From the NCBI RefSeq assembly GCF_963921235.1, contig NC_086097.1, positions 103,666,001 to 103,730,000 on the forward strand: a stretch of DNA of 64,000 nucleotides, in the 5' to 3' direction. The notes under the pieces were generated by a model, which had not been told where the DNA came from, did not search any database, and saw nothing but the letters and a program-made list of their open reading frames with translations. A program made the position numbers and the translations under genes. This document shows, one piece after another, positions 25,135-37,674 of the stretch (within the stretch, counting starts at the first letter, position 1; the number at the start of each line of letters is the position of its first letter). Origin of the DNA: Mobula hypostoma. Its lineage: Eukaryota.

Positions 25135-25439
25135 CTATGCCTCAACCATCAGGTTCTTGAACTAAGTGGGATAACTTCACCGAACTTCACTTGCCCCATC
25201 ACTGAACTGTTCCCACATCCTCTGGTCTTACTAACAGGACTCTTGATATGTAATGCTTATTTATTTTTATCATTATTTCTTTTTTTCCTTTCTCTTTGCT
25301 CACTGTTTGTCCACCCTGTCAATGCATTATTTCATTGATTTTATTATGGTAATTGGATTTATTGTGTATGCCTGTGAGAAAATGAATCTCAAGGTTGTCT
25401 ATGTGACATATACAGTATGTACATTGATAATAAATTTAC

Positions 25440-28400
25440 ACTGAACTTGGAATTTATCCACCTTAATATTCTTTAAGTGACTGAATACTCCCTGTTTCTT
25501 TACCTGCAAATGCTTGAGCATATTAGAATGCTCCAAACAGATCTCACATCCTCCATGTCTGCTTCTTTGTAAATACCAGTGCAAATTTTGGCCCTCAGCT
25601 GCACCCTCTACCTCCAAGCACATGTTCTCTTGTTTATCCTTGAGTGGTCCTCCCTTCTTCCTAGTTATCCTCTTATGCTTGCTGCATGTATGGTACGCCT
25701 TGGGATTTGCTTTAATCCTGTTTGCCAAGGATTTTTCATGCCCCTCTTGTCTCTTCTAATTCCCTTTTTTGTGTTATTTTTCACTTTTATCATCCTCAAA
25801 GGCAACATTTGATTTTTAGCTTCCGAAATCTTACATACTCTTCCTTTCTCTTGACTAAATTCACCACCTCTCATGGCATACAGATTGCCTTTACATTGCC
25901 ATCCTTCTTACTAGAATATTACTGTTCTATATTCTATGTAGTTGATCTCTAAGCACTCTCAACGTCAGATGTGTACTTGCCAAAGACAGCCGTTCCCAAT
26001 TAACTCTCCCTAGTTTCTGCCTAATACTCTTGTAATTTGTCCTGCTCCAATTAAATATCCTTCCTCAAGGTCGATACTTTTCCTTACTTACAGTTATCTT
26101 AAAACATAAGATATTGCTACTGCTGTTCCCTAAATGTTCTCCAGTGAAAGGTCAGTCACCTGGCCTGGCTCATCTCATAACACCCAGAGCAGTATGGCTT
26201 CTCCACTTCTTGAACTATTTTCATACTGATTAAGAAACTCACACAAAATGCTAGAGGAACTCAACAAATCAGACAGCATCTATGGAGAGGAATAAGCAAT
26301 TTTGAGCCTACAATGGAACTGGAAAGGAAGGCAGAAGAACCCAGAATAAGAACATGTGGGTAGGGGGAAGAGTACAAGCTGGCAGATAATAGATCAAGCC
26401 AGGTGAGGTAGAAGGTCAGTGGGCAGGGATGAAGTGAGAAACTTAGGCTAAGTGGCCTAATTCTGCTCTTACTATAAAAGAGGATACCAAAAGTTTTGTC
26501 AGATATGTAAGGAGTAAAAGAAAGGCAAGACTAGATATTGGATTGCTGGAAAGTGAGGCTGGAGAGGTAGTAATGGGGGACAAACTCAATAAGTATTTTG
26601 CATCAGTCCTTACTGTGGAAGACATGAGCAGTATACCAAAATTGCAGAGCCAGGGGGCGGAAGTGAATGTAGATGCTACTACTAAAGAGAAGGCGCTTGG
26701 GAAGCTGAAAGGTTTGAAGTTAGATAAGTCACCTGGACTAGATGGACTACACCCCGGCAATCTGAAAAAGGTAGCTAAAGAGATTTGCAGATGCATTAAT
26801 AGGGATTTTTCAAGAATCACTGTATTATGGAATGGCTCCAGAAGACTGGAAAATTGAAAATGTCACTCACTCTTTAAGAAGGGAGAGAGACAAAAGACAG
26901 GAAATAATAGGCCAGTTAGCCTAATTTCAGTGCTGACTAAGATGCTGGAGTCCATTGTTAAGGATGAGGCTTTGAGATACTTTGAAGCTCATAATAGAAC
27001 AGGAAAATGTCAGCAAGGTTTTCTTAAGGGGAAATCATCCTTGACAAATCTGTTGGAATTTTTTGAGGAAATAACAAGCAGGGTGGGCAATGGAGGAATG
27101 GGCAAAATTTGGCAGAAGGAATAAAAGTGTAGACTACTTTATAAATGGGGAAACAATTCAAAAATCAGAGATGCAAAGGGACATGGGAGTTCTTGTGTAG
27201 GATTCCCTAAATGTTAACTTGCAGGTTGAGTTAGTGGTAAGGAAGGCAAATGCAATGTTAACATTCAAGTGGACTTGAATATCAAAGCAAGGATGTAATG
27301 CTAAGGCTTTCTAAGGAATTGGGCAGACCACACTTAGATTATTGTGTGCAGTTCTGAGTGCACATCTAAGAAAAGATGCGCTGGCATTAGAGAGGGTCAC
27401 TAGAATTATCCCAGGAATGAAAGGGTTAAGGAGTGCTTAATGGCTCTAGGCCTGTACTCGCTGGAGTTTAGAATAAGGACCGAGGGATCTCACTGAAACA
27501 GAGGGCTAGATAGAGTGGATGTGGAGATGATGTTTCCAATAGAGAGAGAGTCTAGGACCAGAGGGCATAGCCTCAGAAATGAAGAACATCCATTTAGAAC
27601 AGAGATGAGAAGGAATTTCTTTAGTCAGAGGGTGGTGAATCTGTGCAATTCATTGCCACAGACAGATAATAGGTTATTGATTAATCAGGGTGTCGAAGGT
27701 TACAGGGAGAAGGCAGGAGAATGGGGTTGAGAGGGATAATAAATTAGCCATAATGGAATGGCAGAGTAGACTCAATGGGCCAAATGGCCTAATTCTACTC
27801 CTGTGTCTTATAATATTATAGGACAGACGAAAAGGAGTCAGTGAATATTTTTTATTTGGATTCCCAGAAGACCTTTGACAAGGTGCCCATAGTATTACAA
27901 GAAAGATACAGGCATGGACAGAAGATTGACTGACTGGTAGGAGGCAAAGAGTGGGAATAAAGGAAGTATATTCTAGGTGGCTGCTGGTGACTAGTGGTAT
28001 TACACAGGGGTCAATGTTGGGACTGCTTCTTTTCATGTTATATGTCAATGATTTGGAAGATGGAATTGATAGCTCTTTGGCCAAGTTTGCAGATGGTAGA
28101 AAGATAGATAGAGAAACAGGGAGTCTGCAGAAGGACTTAAACAGATTAGGAGAATGAGCAAAGAAGCAGCAAATGGAATATATTGTAGAGAAGTGTATGA
28201 TCATGCACTTTGACAGAAGGAATAAAGGTGTAAATGATTTTCTAAACAGGGAGCAAATTCAGAAATCAGAGGTGCAAAACCTAGTAAGGAAACCTCAAAC
28301 AGGATTCCCTAACGGGTAACTTGCAGGTTCAGTTGGTGGCAAGGAAGACAAATGCAATGTTAGCATTCATTTTGAGAGGACTGGAATATAAAAGGATGTA

Positions 28401-29450
28401 ATGCTGTGTTTTTATAAGGCATTGGCCTGACCACAATTGGAGTACTGTGAGCAGTGTTGGGCCTCTTATCTAAGAAAGGATTAATGTATGAAGAGCATTT
28501 GATGCCTATGGATCTGTATTCACTGGAGCTCAGAAGAACGGGGGGCGGGGGGAGTGTGGATCTCATTGAAATCTAATGAATATTGAAAGGCTTACATAGA
28601 ATGGACGTGGAGAGGATATTTCTGATAGGAGTTTAGGACTTAAATATGATCCAAGTGAGTCTAGGGCACAGCCTCCGAATATAAGGATGGCCTTTTAGAA
28701 CGGAGATACAGTGGAATTTATTTAGGCAGGGGTGTTGAATCTGTCACAGAGCTATGGAAGTCATCATTGTGTATAAAGTGCAGGATGTTAGGTTCTTAAT
28801 TAGTAAGGGCGTCAAAGGTTACAGGGAGAAGGCAGGAGAATGGGACTGAGAGTGATAATAAATCAACCTTGATGGAATGGCAGAGCAAACTGAAGGGCTG
28901 AATAGCCTATCCTAGAGAGTTGTGGAGGCGCTATGTTGATGAATTGTGGACTAGGCTCATTGGTACGCCTCCTCTTACTTTTTACATTCATTTGGAATGC
29001 CTGAAGCTTTGGAACTCCTTCCCTTAATCTTATTGCTCCTTTTTCCACTAAGGAGCTCCTTAAATATAAGCTCTTTAGCCAAGTTCTTGAAGAGCATCAA
29101 TTTCTCATGTGACCTTCTGTAAAACTGCAGTAACAAACTGCAGTAATCAGTTATCAAAGGCCTATAAGTGCAAATGGTACATAATATCTCTTTGGAACAG
29201 AAATGAGCCGGAATTTCTTTAGCCAAAGGGTGGTGAATCTGTGGAATTCACTGCCACAGATGGCTATGGAGGACAAGTCATTGGATATATTCAAAACGGG
29301 GTTGATAGGTCCTTGATTAGTAAAGGTGTCAAAGGTTATGGGGAGAAGGGAGGAAAATGACAAAACAGACAATAAGTCAGCCATGATGAAATGTTGGTGC
29401 AGACTCGATGGGCAGAATGGCCTAATGCTACTCCTATGTCTTATGGTGTT
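25440..29450. mobile_element. Cluster of degraded CR1 fragments (minus ~25440-26240; plus ~26465-28910 and ~29190-29450) with a minus-strand PLE remnant ~26240-26445
   Basis: ORF fragments DKSPGLDGLHP, GKSSLTNLLEFFEE, QGSMLGLLLF...KFADG. Confidence 0.75.
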
Positions 29451-29579
29451 ATAGTCATCCACGTACCTATCCAAACTTGTATGAAATGTTGAAATCGACC
29501 ACGCATCCACCACTTACACGCACTGACAACTCGTTCCACACTCTCACGACCCTCTGATTGAAGAAGTTACCCTTATGTG

Positions 29580-29815
29580 TTGGGCACATGGCCAAGTGGT
29601 TAAGGTGTTCGTCTAGTTATCTCAAAGTCGCTAGTTCAAGCCTCAGCTGTGGCAGAGTGTTTGTGCCCTTGAGCAAGGCACTTAATCACACATTGCTCTA
29701 GTCTGTGCAAGGAGTGGCACTCCACAGACTTCCAATCTGCGCCTTGTAAGGCATGAAAATGCCCGACGCAGACCTCTCATGGTCTGAGTCAACGTTCCCT
29801 CCCTCCCTCTGTAAA
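29580..29815 (+). mobile_element. tRNA-derived SINE
   Basis: A box TGGCCAAGTGG 29589-29599, B box AGTTCAAGCC 29633-29642, then CCTTGAGCAAGGCACTTAA. Confidence 0.75.
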
Positions 29816-29849
29816 ATTCCATCCTTGTGCTAAAGGCACACAAGACAAA

Positions 29850-30380
29850 CAGTGGCCACTTTATTAGGCACACCTGTTCACCATGCAAATATCAAATCAG
29901 TCAATCATGTGGCAGTAACCCAATGCATAAAAGCATGCCGTCATGGTCAAAAGTTTCAGTTATCGTTCAGACTAAACATCAAAAAGGGGAAGAAATGTAG
30001 TCTAAGTGATTTTGATGTGGAATGATTGTTAGTGTCAGACAGGGTGGTTTGAGTATCTCAGAAACTGCTGATCTGGGATTTTCATGCACAGCAGTTTCTA
30101 GAGTTAACAGAAAAAGGTTCAAAAATAACAAACAAAAATATCCAGTGAGTGTAAGTTCTGAGGGTAAAAATGCCTTTTTAATGAGAGGTCAGAGGAGAAT
30201 GGCCAGACTGGTCAAGCTACAGGAAAACAACAGTAAATCAAATAACCATGCATTACAACAGTGTGTGCAGAAGAGCATCTCTGAACACATAGCATGTTGA
30301 ATCTTGAAATGGATGGGCTAGAGCAGCAGAAGACTATGAACACACACTCAATGGCCACTTTATTAGGTATAGGAGGTACT
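29850..30380 (+). mobile_element. Tc1-like remnant
   Basis: TGGCCACTTTATTAGG at both ends; ORF 30022 GLSISETADLGFSCTAVSRV, HTH-like. Confidence 0.65.
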
Positions 30381-31270
30381 TAAGAAAATATTTACCAAAA
30401 TTTTTATATATATTTCAAAATATTCCTATTTTTTAACTAAGAAGTTTTTTGATCAAGTTGGTTCTATTATATAATCTTTTGTTTGGAATAATAAAAGACC
30501 AAGAATTGGAAAATACCATTTAAAAAAATTAAAAAAGGATGAAGGTCTTGCTCTACCTAATTTAAGAATGTATTCCTGGGCTGTTAATATATGTTATATG
30601 TGTTCTAGGTAATATTAGATTGATAAAAATGAACGACTACCTTGGGTTGACTTGGAATTGAAAGCTGTGAAACAATTTTACTTAACTTTGTTATTAGGAG
30701 CTTCTTTACCTGTACAACTAGCCAAAATTTCTAATCTAAATTTATATCCTATGATTAAGCAGTCATTACGAATTTGGTACCAGTTTCGTAATTTTTTTAA
30801 TCTCAAAAAATTTAATCTTCTTAGTTTAATTTATCGAAATTATTTATTTAAACCTTCACTTAGTGATTCTACCTTTTTTCTTTGGAGGAATAAAGGAGTC
30901 TATTCCTTCATGAATCTGTTCCAAGAAGGCAGATTGATGTCTTTTGACAAATTAGTAACTAAATACTCTCTCTCGTACTCACATTTCTTGCAATATCTTC
31001 AGGTCAGACATTTCTTACAAGAATATTTAAGTAATTTTCCATATATACAAGATTCTGACCTGTTAGACATTACTTTAAAAATGAATCCTTTAGTGAAAGG
31101 TTTTATTGGGAAAATTTATAATTTACTATTACAACAGTACAATTATCCTTTACTTAAGATTAAGCAAGATTGGGAAAGAGAGTTTAACATGACCTTGGGA
31201 ACAGAGGATTGGTTGCGAATTTTGAAGTTGGCTAACTCTTCCACGATTTGTGCCAGTCACTCTTTAATTC

Positions 31271-34200
31271 TTTTTTTTTAATTTTATTTTTATTTGGATA
31301 AGGAGTTCACAATTATCATGTACTTTTTTCACACATATAACCTTTTCCATTTTTTCATATGTATAAAACTACAATTATTTATACATTCTTAAGTACACAT
31401 TGAGATGATATCAAAGCAAAATAAACATTTAAATAGATAGTTACGTACTGTGGTAAATCTAACCTATTAGGCTAAGTAATGAAATTAGTTGTTAAGAAAA
31501 ATGGTAATAATAGTTTCCATACAACCCTTCCGGACCACTTCCACTGGTCCAAAATGTTGCATACAAGCCTATATACCAACCATTATAGGTGTTTATATCC
31601 CAATTTGTTCATGCTTGTTCCTGCCCGCAGACATAATTATCCAATCCCTATGTACTTATTTACTTAATTTTTTCATTTTTTTTATCCCTTTCCCAAATCT
31701 TTCCCTTTACTTGTGTTAATTCTCTATTTTCCAAAAAAAAACAACAAACATTTAGACTAGGGGTGCTATATTACTGTGTTGATGAGAAGAGCAATATAAA
31801 TCATTAGGAGAGTCATCTAAAGTCTGCTCGCATTGGAGTTATATATTCAATCCATTTATTCCAGATTTGATAAAATGTTTCTTTTTGAGTTCTCAGGGAG
31901 TAGGTCAACTTTTCCATTTTAAATATTTCCAAGATAATTGCGTACCAATCTTCTAATGTAGGTGGTATTGGATTTAGCCATTTTCTAGTGATTGATTTCT
32001 TACTTGCCGCTAAGAGGGCCTGCAGCAACTTTATATCTTCCTTCTGTTCAAGGAACAATACATGTCCCAAATAGAGCGTCTCAAAGTTCAGAGGTATCTG
32101 GGACCTAAGTACCTTAACTAATGTTCTATGAATACCTTCCCAAAATAGACTTAATTTAGGGCAATCCCAGAAAATATGAAAATGATTTGCCTCCTTGGAG
32201 CCACACCTTCTCCAACACATCACATTTGTATCTTTATATTTTTCCTGATATGGGGTCTTGAAGTATCTTATAATGTTTTTCCAACAATGTTCTCTCCAAG
32301 TCAAAGAATTAGTCGAGGACCATTGAAAGCTGCAGATTTTCCCCCAAGCCTCCTCTGAAAGTACCAACCCCGCTTCTTTCTCCCACTTCTCTTTAATATA
32401 CAGTGTATTTACATTTTTAGCATGGGAGAGTGCATTATATAGGCGAGAAACTGATTTACTAGGTATTGAACTGCAAGCCGAATTCAGAATCTTGAAAAAT
32501 TCTAATTCTACTGTTACACACATCAAAGTTGCTGGTGAACGCAGCAGGCCAAGCAGCATCTATAGGAAGAGGCGCAGTCGACGTTTCAGGCTGAAACGTC
32601 GACTGCGCCTCTTCCTATAGATGCTGCTTGGCCTGCTACGTTCACCAGCAACTTTGATGTGTGTTGCTTGAATTTCCAGCATCTGCAGAATTCCTGTTGT
32701 TTTAATTCTACTGTTGATAGGTCTGTATATCTACAACTCTGGTTAACATAGTTTCGTATTTGAAGGTACCTAAAAAAGTCATTATGTTCTAGGCCATGTT
32801 TGTCCTGCAGGATTTGGAAACTTTGTAATACTCTTTTATCTATAAATGAGAGGTAGGTTGTAAGACCTTTCTTTATCCATAGCTCAAATCTTTTATCTCC
32901 TCTGTTGGGAAGGAATTCGGTATCATATGCACACCATCTGAAGAGTTTTAGCATGTTATTAATTCCACATGAATTAACCACCTTCTGCCATACTTTTAAT
33001 GTAAGATTTATCCAAGCATTATTAAATTTTTCCAACTGGGCCATCAATCCTTTGTCAGCTATTGAGGCCTGAAGAGGAAAACTGTCAACTAATCCAAATT
33101 CTATTTCCTTCCATCTAGCCTTATATTCCCTATTACACCAATATAACAGAGGGGTTATCTGTGAGGCATAAAAATAATTTCTCAGGCGAGGAAGAACCAT
33201 ACCTCCTCTTTCCTTCCCTAACTGTAAGGTGTTATATCGAATTCTAGGTTTCCTTCCTTGCCAAATGAAGCAGGAAATCCATTTGTCCCATTCCCTGAAT
33301 TGATTATCATCCACCTCCACTGGTAAAGTACGGAAAAGATATAATAACCGAGGAAGAATATTCATTTTTATAGTATTTATCCTTGAATTTAAACTTAAAA
33401 AGGGGATAAGATTCCATCTATGCATATCTGCTTTTATCTCTGAGATTAATGGCCCATAATTTACCTGTGACAGTGTTGAAAGATCCTTTGGCAGGGTTAT
33501 TCCTAAATATTTTAATGATTTAGCTTCCCACTTAAGATTATATGTATCCTGCAATTTTTTGGATGGTGTATAATTTAGGGACATAACCTGTATTTTCTTT
33601 ACATTTATTTTATAACCTGATATTTTCCCAAAGTCATCCAACAGTGTAAACAATCCTATAAATGATTTTTCTGGTTCACTCAGATAGACCAAAACATCAT
33701 CTGCGAATAACGCCACTTTCTGTTCAATCCCTGCCACCTTGATACCTTTTACGATTTCGCTCTGTCTTATTAGTTGGGCAAGTGGTTCAATATATAGCGC
33801 TAAAAGGAGAGGAGAAATTGGGCATCCCTGTCTAGTGCCTCTCTCTAAAATGAAGGAGTCAGAGAGGTCCCCATTTATCTTAATTCGGGCTGTTGGGCTG
33901 TCATACAGAGTCTGAATTACTTTAATAAACCTTTCTTGAAAGCCGAATCTTCCTAACACTCTGTATAGGAATGCCCAACTAACCAAATCAAAAGCTTTCT
34001 CAGCGTCCAATCCTACTACCATTGTCTCTGTCTCGTTCTTATTAACCTGTTCTAATATGTGCAGAGTTCTCCTTACGTTGTCCTGTGTTTGTCTTTGTTG
34101 AATAAATCCAGTCTGGTCTAAATGGATTAGGCCAGGTAAAAGCTTTTCCAATCTGCGCGCTAATATAGATGTAAATAGTTTGTAATCTAAATTAAGAACA

Positions 34201-34662
34201 CTAATTGGCCGATAATTGCCACATTCTAGTTTATCTTTACCCTCTTTAGGAATAACTGAAATAATCGCTTCTCTCCAGGAAGGTGGAGTTTCTCCTCTCT
34301 GCAAGATCCAATTAAAGGTGTTAAGTAGTAATGGGGTTAACTGTGTCTTCAGGGACTTGTACCACTCTGAGGTAAACCCATCAGAACCCGGGGACTTTCC
34401 AGCCTTTAACCTAGAGATGGCCACGTTCAGTTCTTTGACAGTTACTGGTTCTAATAAACTTTCATTTTGTAAATCTGTAAGTTTAGGTAGATCTAAAAAA
34501 TTCAATACACTGTCTATATAGGGCTCATTGGGGGCCCGGGGTTGGGAGTACAGCTCTCGATAATACGTTTCAAAACTCTCTTGAATTTTCCCTATTGTAC
34601 TCTCCACAAGCTTTGTCTTTGGATTCTTTATTTTATGAATTGTATTGTCTGCTTGTTGTTTT
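31271..34662 (-). mobile_element. L1 LINE, 5'-truncated, ORF2 open apart from one PLE insertion
   Basis: 15-bp TSD GTCACTCTTTAATTC (31256-31270, 34663-34677); poly(A) at 31271-31279; RT motifs QGCPISP and FADD; CWRRC...HIFWDC knuckle. Confidence 0.95.
32516..32702. mobile_element. Palindromic Penelope-like insertion
   Basis: 74-bp inverted arms centred on 32590 plus terminal tail; 13-bp TSD TAATTCTACTGTT (32503-32515, 32703-32715). Confidence 0.9.
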
Positions 34663-36152
34663 GTCACTCTTTAATTCAATTCAAAATTGTATATCGTTAA
34701 TATTTGACACAGGAGAGACTGTCTAAAATATATCCTAATGTCAATAGTCAGTGTGATAGATGTAAAACTGAGACAGCTACATTGACACATATGTTTTGGT
34801 CGTGTTCTGTATTGAAACAGTTTTGGAAATCTATTTTCTCTACAATTTCTAAAGCTTTAAAAATTAAATTACAACCTAATAAATTGACAGTTTTGTTCGG
34901 TATAATCCCTCAATATATTCATGGTATTTCTATATCAGACCAACATGTAATTGCATTTGTTAACATTATTGGCCAGTCGGGCTATTTTATTGAAATGGAA
35001 AGATGCCTCGGCTCCCACTTTGATACAATGGTTCTCTCAGGTGATGTTATGTCTCAGTTTGGAGAAAATCAGAAGCCAAACTTTTGATCCTCGATTTGAC
35101 CTTGAGAAAAGGTGGGGGTCCTTTTGCCCGCTACTATCATTTGATTTGAGTTAATTAAGATGGTCCCTTCTGATTCTTGTTTAAATGGATTTGAGTTGGC
35201 GGTTTGATGTTTTTCTTTTATGGAAGCTTGTATGGCGTATAGCTCCGGGGTAGTGCTCCCAATGGTTTTTTTTTTCGTGTTTTATTTCTGTTAGTAGGGG
35301 GTTTTGTTGTTTTAGTTAGTAGGAGTTCTTTTTTCCTTCTTTTTTCCAAAAAAATAGTTCTGACATTTTATTTTTTTTCTTATTATTGATATATTGTTTA
35401 GCTTTGTTAATCAGTTATTTGATAATTTAATTCTTATTGAACATATTGACATGTTGACTTGATTACTTTAATTTTTTTGTTGATTTTCAATAATAATTAA
35501 TAAAAAAGATTTGAAGATGAAAAATGAAAATGAACATGTAGTTGTTTTTATTGGACCCTCTTTCATATGAAACAAAATCAAAGGCCCACCTGGCCTCTCA
35601 GCTGAATGTACCACTTTGAAGGTGAGTTATTTTCATGGTTAATCTTCATTTCTCATTCTATATATAGTTGAAGAAATGGATTGAATAATCTGCTCATTGG
35701 GACTTCTTTTGCACAAACTGTTGCTGGTATTTTGCACATTGCGACTTCACTTCAAAATCATTTCCGTGCTTCCTAGTTGAACTTTTGCAACAAAAAAAAG
35801 GCCAAATTCAAACAAACTCAAAGACAGTGGTCATTCTGAGTTGCTTTTCATTGGTACGTCAGTTGAAAACTAAGTTAGCTTGCATAAGGTATCTGAAAAA
35901 CACCAAATTAAGTCATTCATTAGTGAAGATTGTATCTGGCATTATTCCCAGCACAGTCTCACAGCTGCACAGAGTGGAAATTGGTTACAGTGAGTGTCTT
36001 TCATAAATGAAGTGAATTGGTTGGTTTATGAGCTATAAAGAACATATGAACAAAACTAACAAAATGACATAGAACTGCATTGGTTTCTTTCTCATGCTTA
36101 GCTTATAAAAAAACAGCAGAACCAACATAAAAAGCATGACTTGAATACTCAC

Positions 36153-36269
36153 TGGTGTCCCCATCATAGTGTACGTTTTTCCTGAGCCAGTCTGTCCATA
36201 AGCAAACAAACAGACATTGTAGCCCTCAATAGCTCCTGATAGAACTGAAGTGCCAAGATCCTGATACAC
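36153..36269 (-). CDS. STARD9: STARD9 (KIF16A) kinesin motor exon containing the P-loop, 117 nt
   Basis: tttgcag|GTGTAT...ACACCA|gtgagt; translates [39 protein letters not shown] (Walker A GQTGSGKT). Confidence 0.93.
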
Positions 36270-37089
36270 CTGCAAACAGAGTACAATCAGGATTACTGAG
36301 TGAACAATTATGATTTCAATGTAGACTCTGTCACAGAAACAAAGATACAAACCATAGTTTTGCTTTCCAACATTTTAAGATCCAAAATACTTTGTTATAA
36401 TAGATTTGATGTCAATACATTTGCAATGATTAATACTGATTAAATACTCATCTTTTAATTAAATAGAGAGTTTTAACATATGAAACTATATACAATAAAC
36501 AATAAAAGCACATCACACAATTTCCAATGCTCTGAGAGTCTCAACAGTGCCCATGTGTTTGGTACTTCACAGTTGGTATTGTGACCAGTCCAAATCCAGC
36601 AAATGGAAATGTCTCGGGGGAATAAGGTTGCCAGAAATATCAGTCTCCCAGCAGATTGGTTTCTTTGACGCACAGACCTCCCAGTGTGGAATGTTCAATC
36701 CAGATAAAGGTGATGGGTGCAATGAAATATGTAATCCCTACAGGATCTGAAGCTATAATCGATAATGACATCCCTATTCTCATCACATGTTCTTACAGCA
36801 GAGGGTTCTTTTTGCCAGGGCTTAGAGAAATTAACCAGAGGTGGAGGTGGTCAATGAGAAAAGAAGGTAGGGGAAAGACTAGGAGTATGCCAAAATATAT
36901 ATTCCACTTCTAAGCACCAGCTCAGATTTTGAACATAGAACAGTACAGCACAGGAACAGAACCATCATGTTACGTCAAGCTTATTTAATTTGTAATCAAA
37001 TGCCAAATTTAACTAATCCCTTCAGCCTACACAATGTCCATATCCCTCCACCTTCTGCATATTCACACCCTTAAACACCTCTATTATAG

Positions 37090-37328
37090 TTCCTGCCGTC
37101 GCCTGTAAGGAGTTTGTATGTTCTCCCCGTAATCACGTGGGTTTCCTCTAGGTGCTCCAGTTTCCTCCCACAGTCCAAAGACATACCAGTTGGTGGGTTA
37201 AATGGGCATTATAAATTGTTCCACAATTAGGCTCAGATTAAATTGGGGGATTGCTAATCAACACAACTCGAAGGGCCCAAAGGGCCTATTCTGCACCGTA
37301 TCCCAAAAATCAATGAAGTAAATAAATA
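37090..37328 (+). mobile_element. V-SINE-like element
   Basis: GGAGTTTGTATGTTCTCCCCGT...GTGGGTTTCCTCTAGGTGCTCCAGTTTCCTCCCACAGTCCAAAGAC V-domain; (TAAA)n end. Confidence 0.8.
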
Positions 37329-37460
37329 TTTGCCTGCACTACCACTCCAGGCAGCATATTCTAGGCATCCACCACTGTGTAAAAAAGAACCTGCTCCGCA
37401 CATCTGCTTTGAACTTACCCCGCTTGCCTTAAATGCACGTCCTCTAATATTAGGCATTCT

Positions 37461-37674
37461 GAAGAAGAAGAAAGCCCTTTACTCCAAGTGGAGTCATCAG
37501 GATGCTGTCATGATGGCGTCTTTTTAGCAGGCTTTCTTATTTTTATGAGTCCAAGTTGCTAGCTCGACGCTCAACCCAGCACGGATGGAAAGCGTGCTAG
37601 GGAGCCAGCTGGATTCGAACTCAGGAGCCTTTGCTCCAAAGTCTGGCGCTGATGCCACTATGCTACCAGCCAGC
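37461..37674 (-). mobile_element. tRNA-derived SINE
   Basis: A box TAGCATAGTGG, B box GAGTTCGAATCC, (CTT)n tail; imperfect TSD TATTAGGCA(TT/CC)CT at 37448 and 37675. Confidence 0.82.

Larger units (their letters stand above)
30390..35512 (+). mobile_element. L1 LINE 3' portion (segments ~30390-31270 and 34663-35512) split by a younger L1
   Basis: L1 ORF2 C-terminal fragments 30652-31281 and 34704-35154 with CDRCKTETATLTHMFWSC knuckle; AATAAA plus A-rich end ~35499-35508. Confidence 0.85.

Noticed and set aside
29580..29650. tRNA gene (also 37610-37674)
   Set aside because: A and B boxes are present but there is no complete cloverleaf, and SINE body or tail follows
2520..36269. KIF16B as alternative gene identity
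   Set aside because: RITAATHIHDASSRSH, GLTPRIC and GPYVQGLSQH match STARD9 rather than KIF16B as recalled
36033..36350. 105-aa ORF as a standalone gene
   Set aside because: Only 36153-36269 is kinesin-like and bounded by splice sites; the rest is intron read-through
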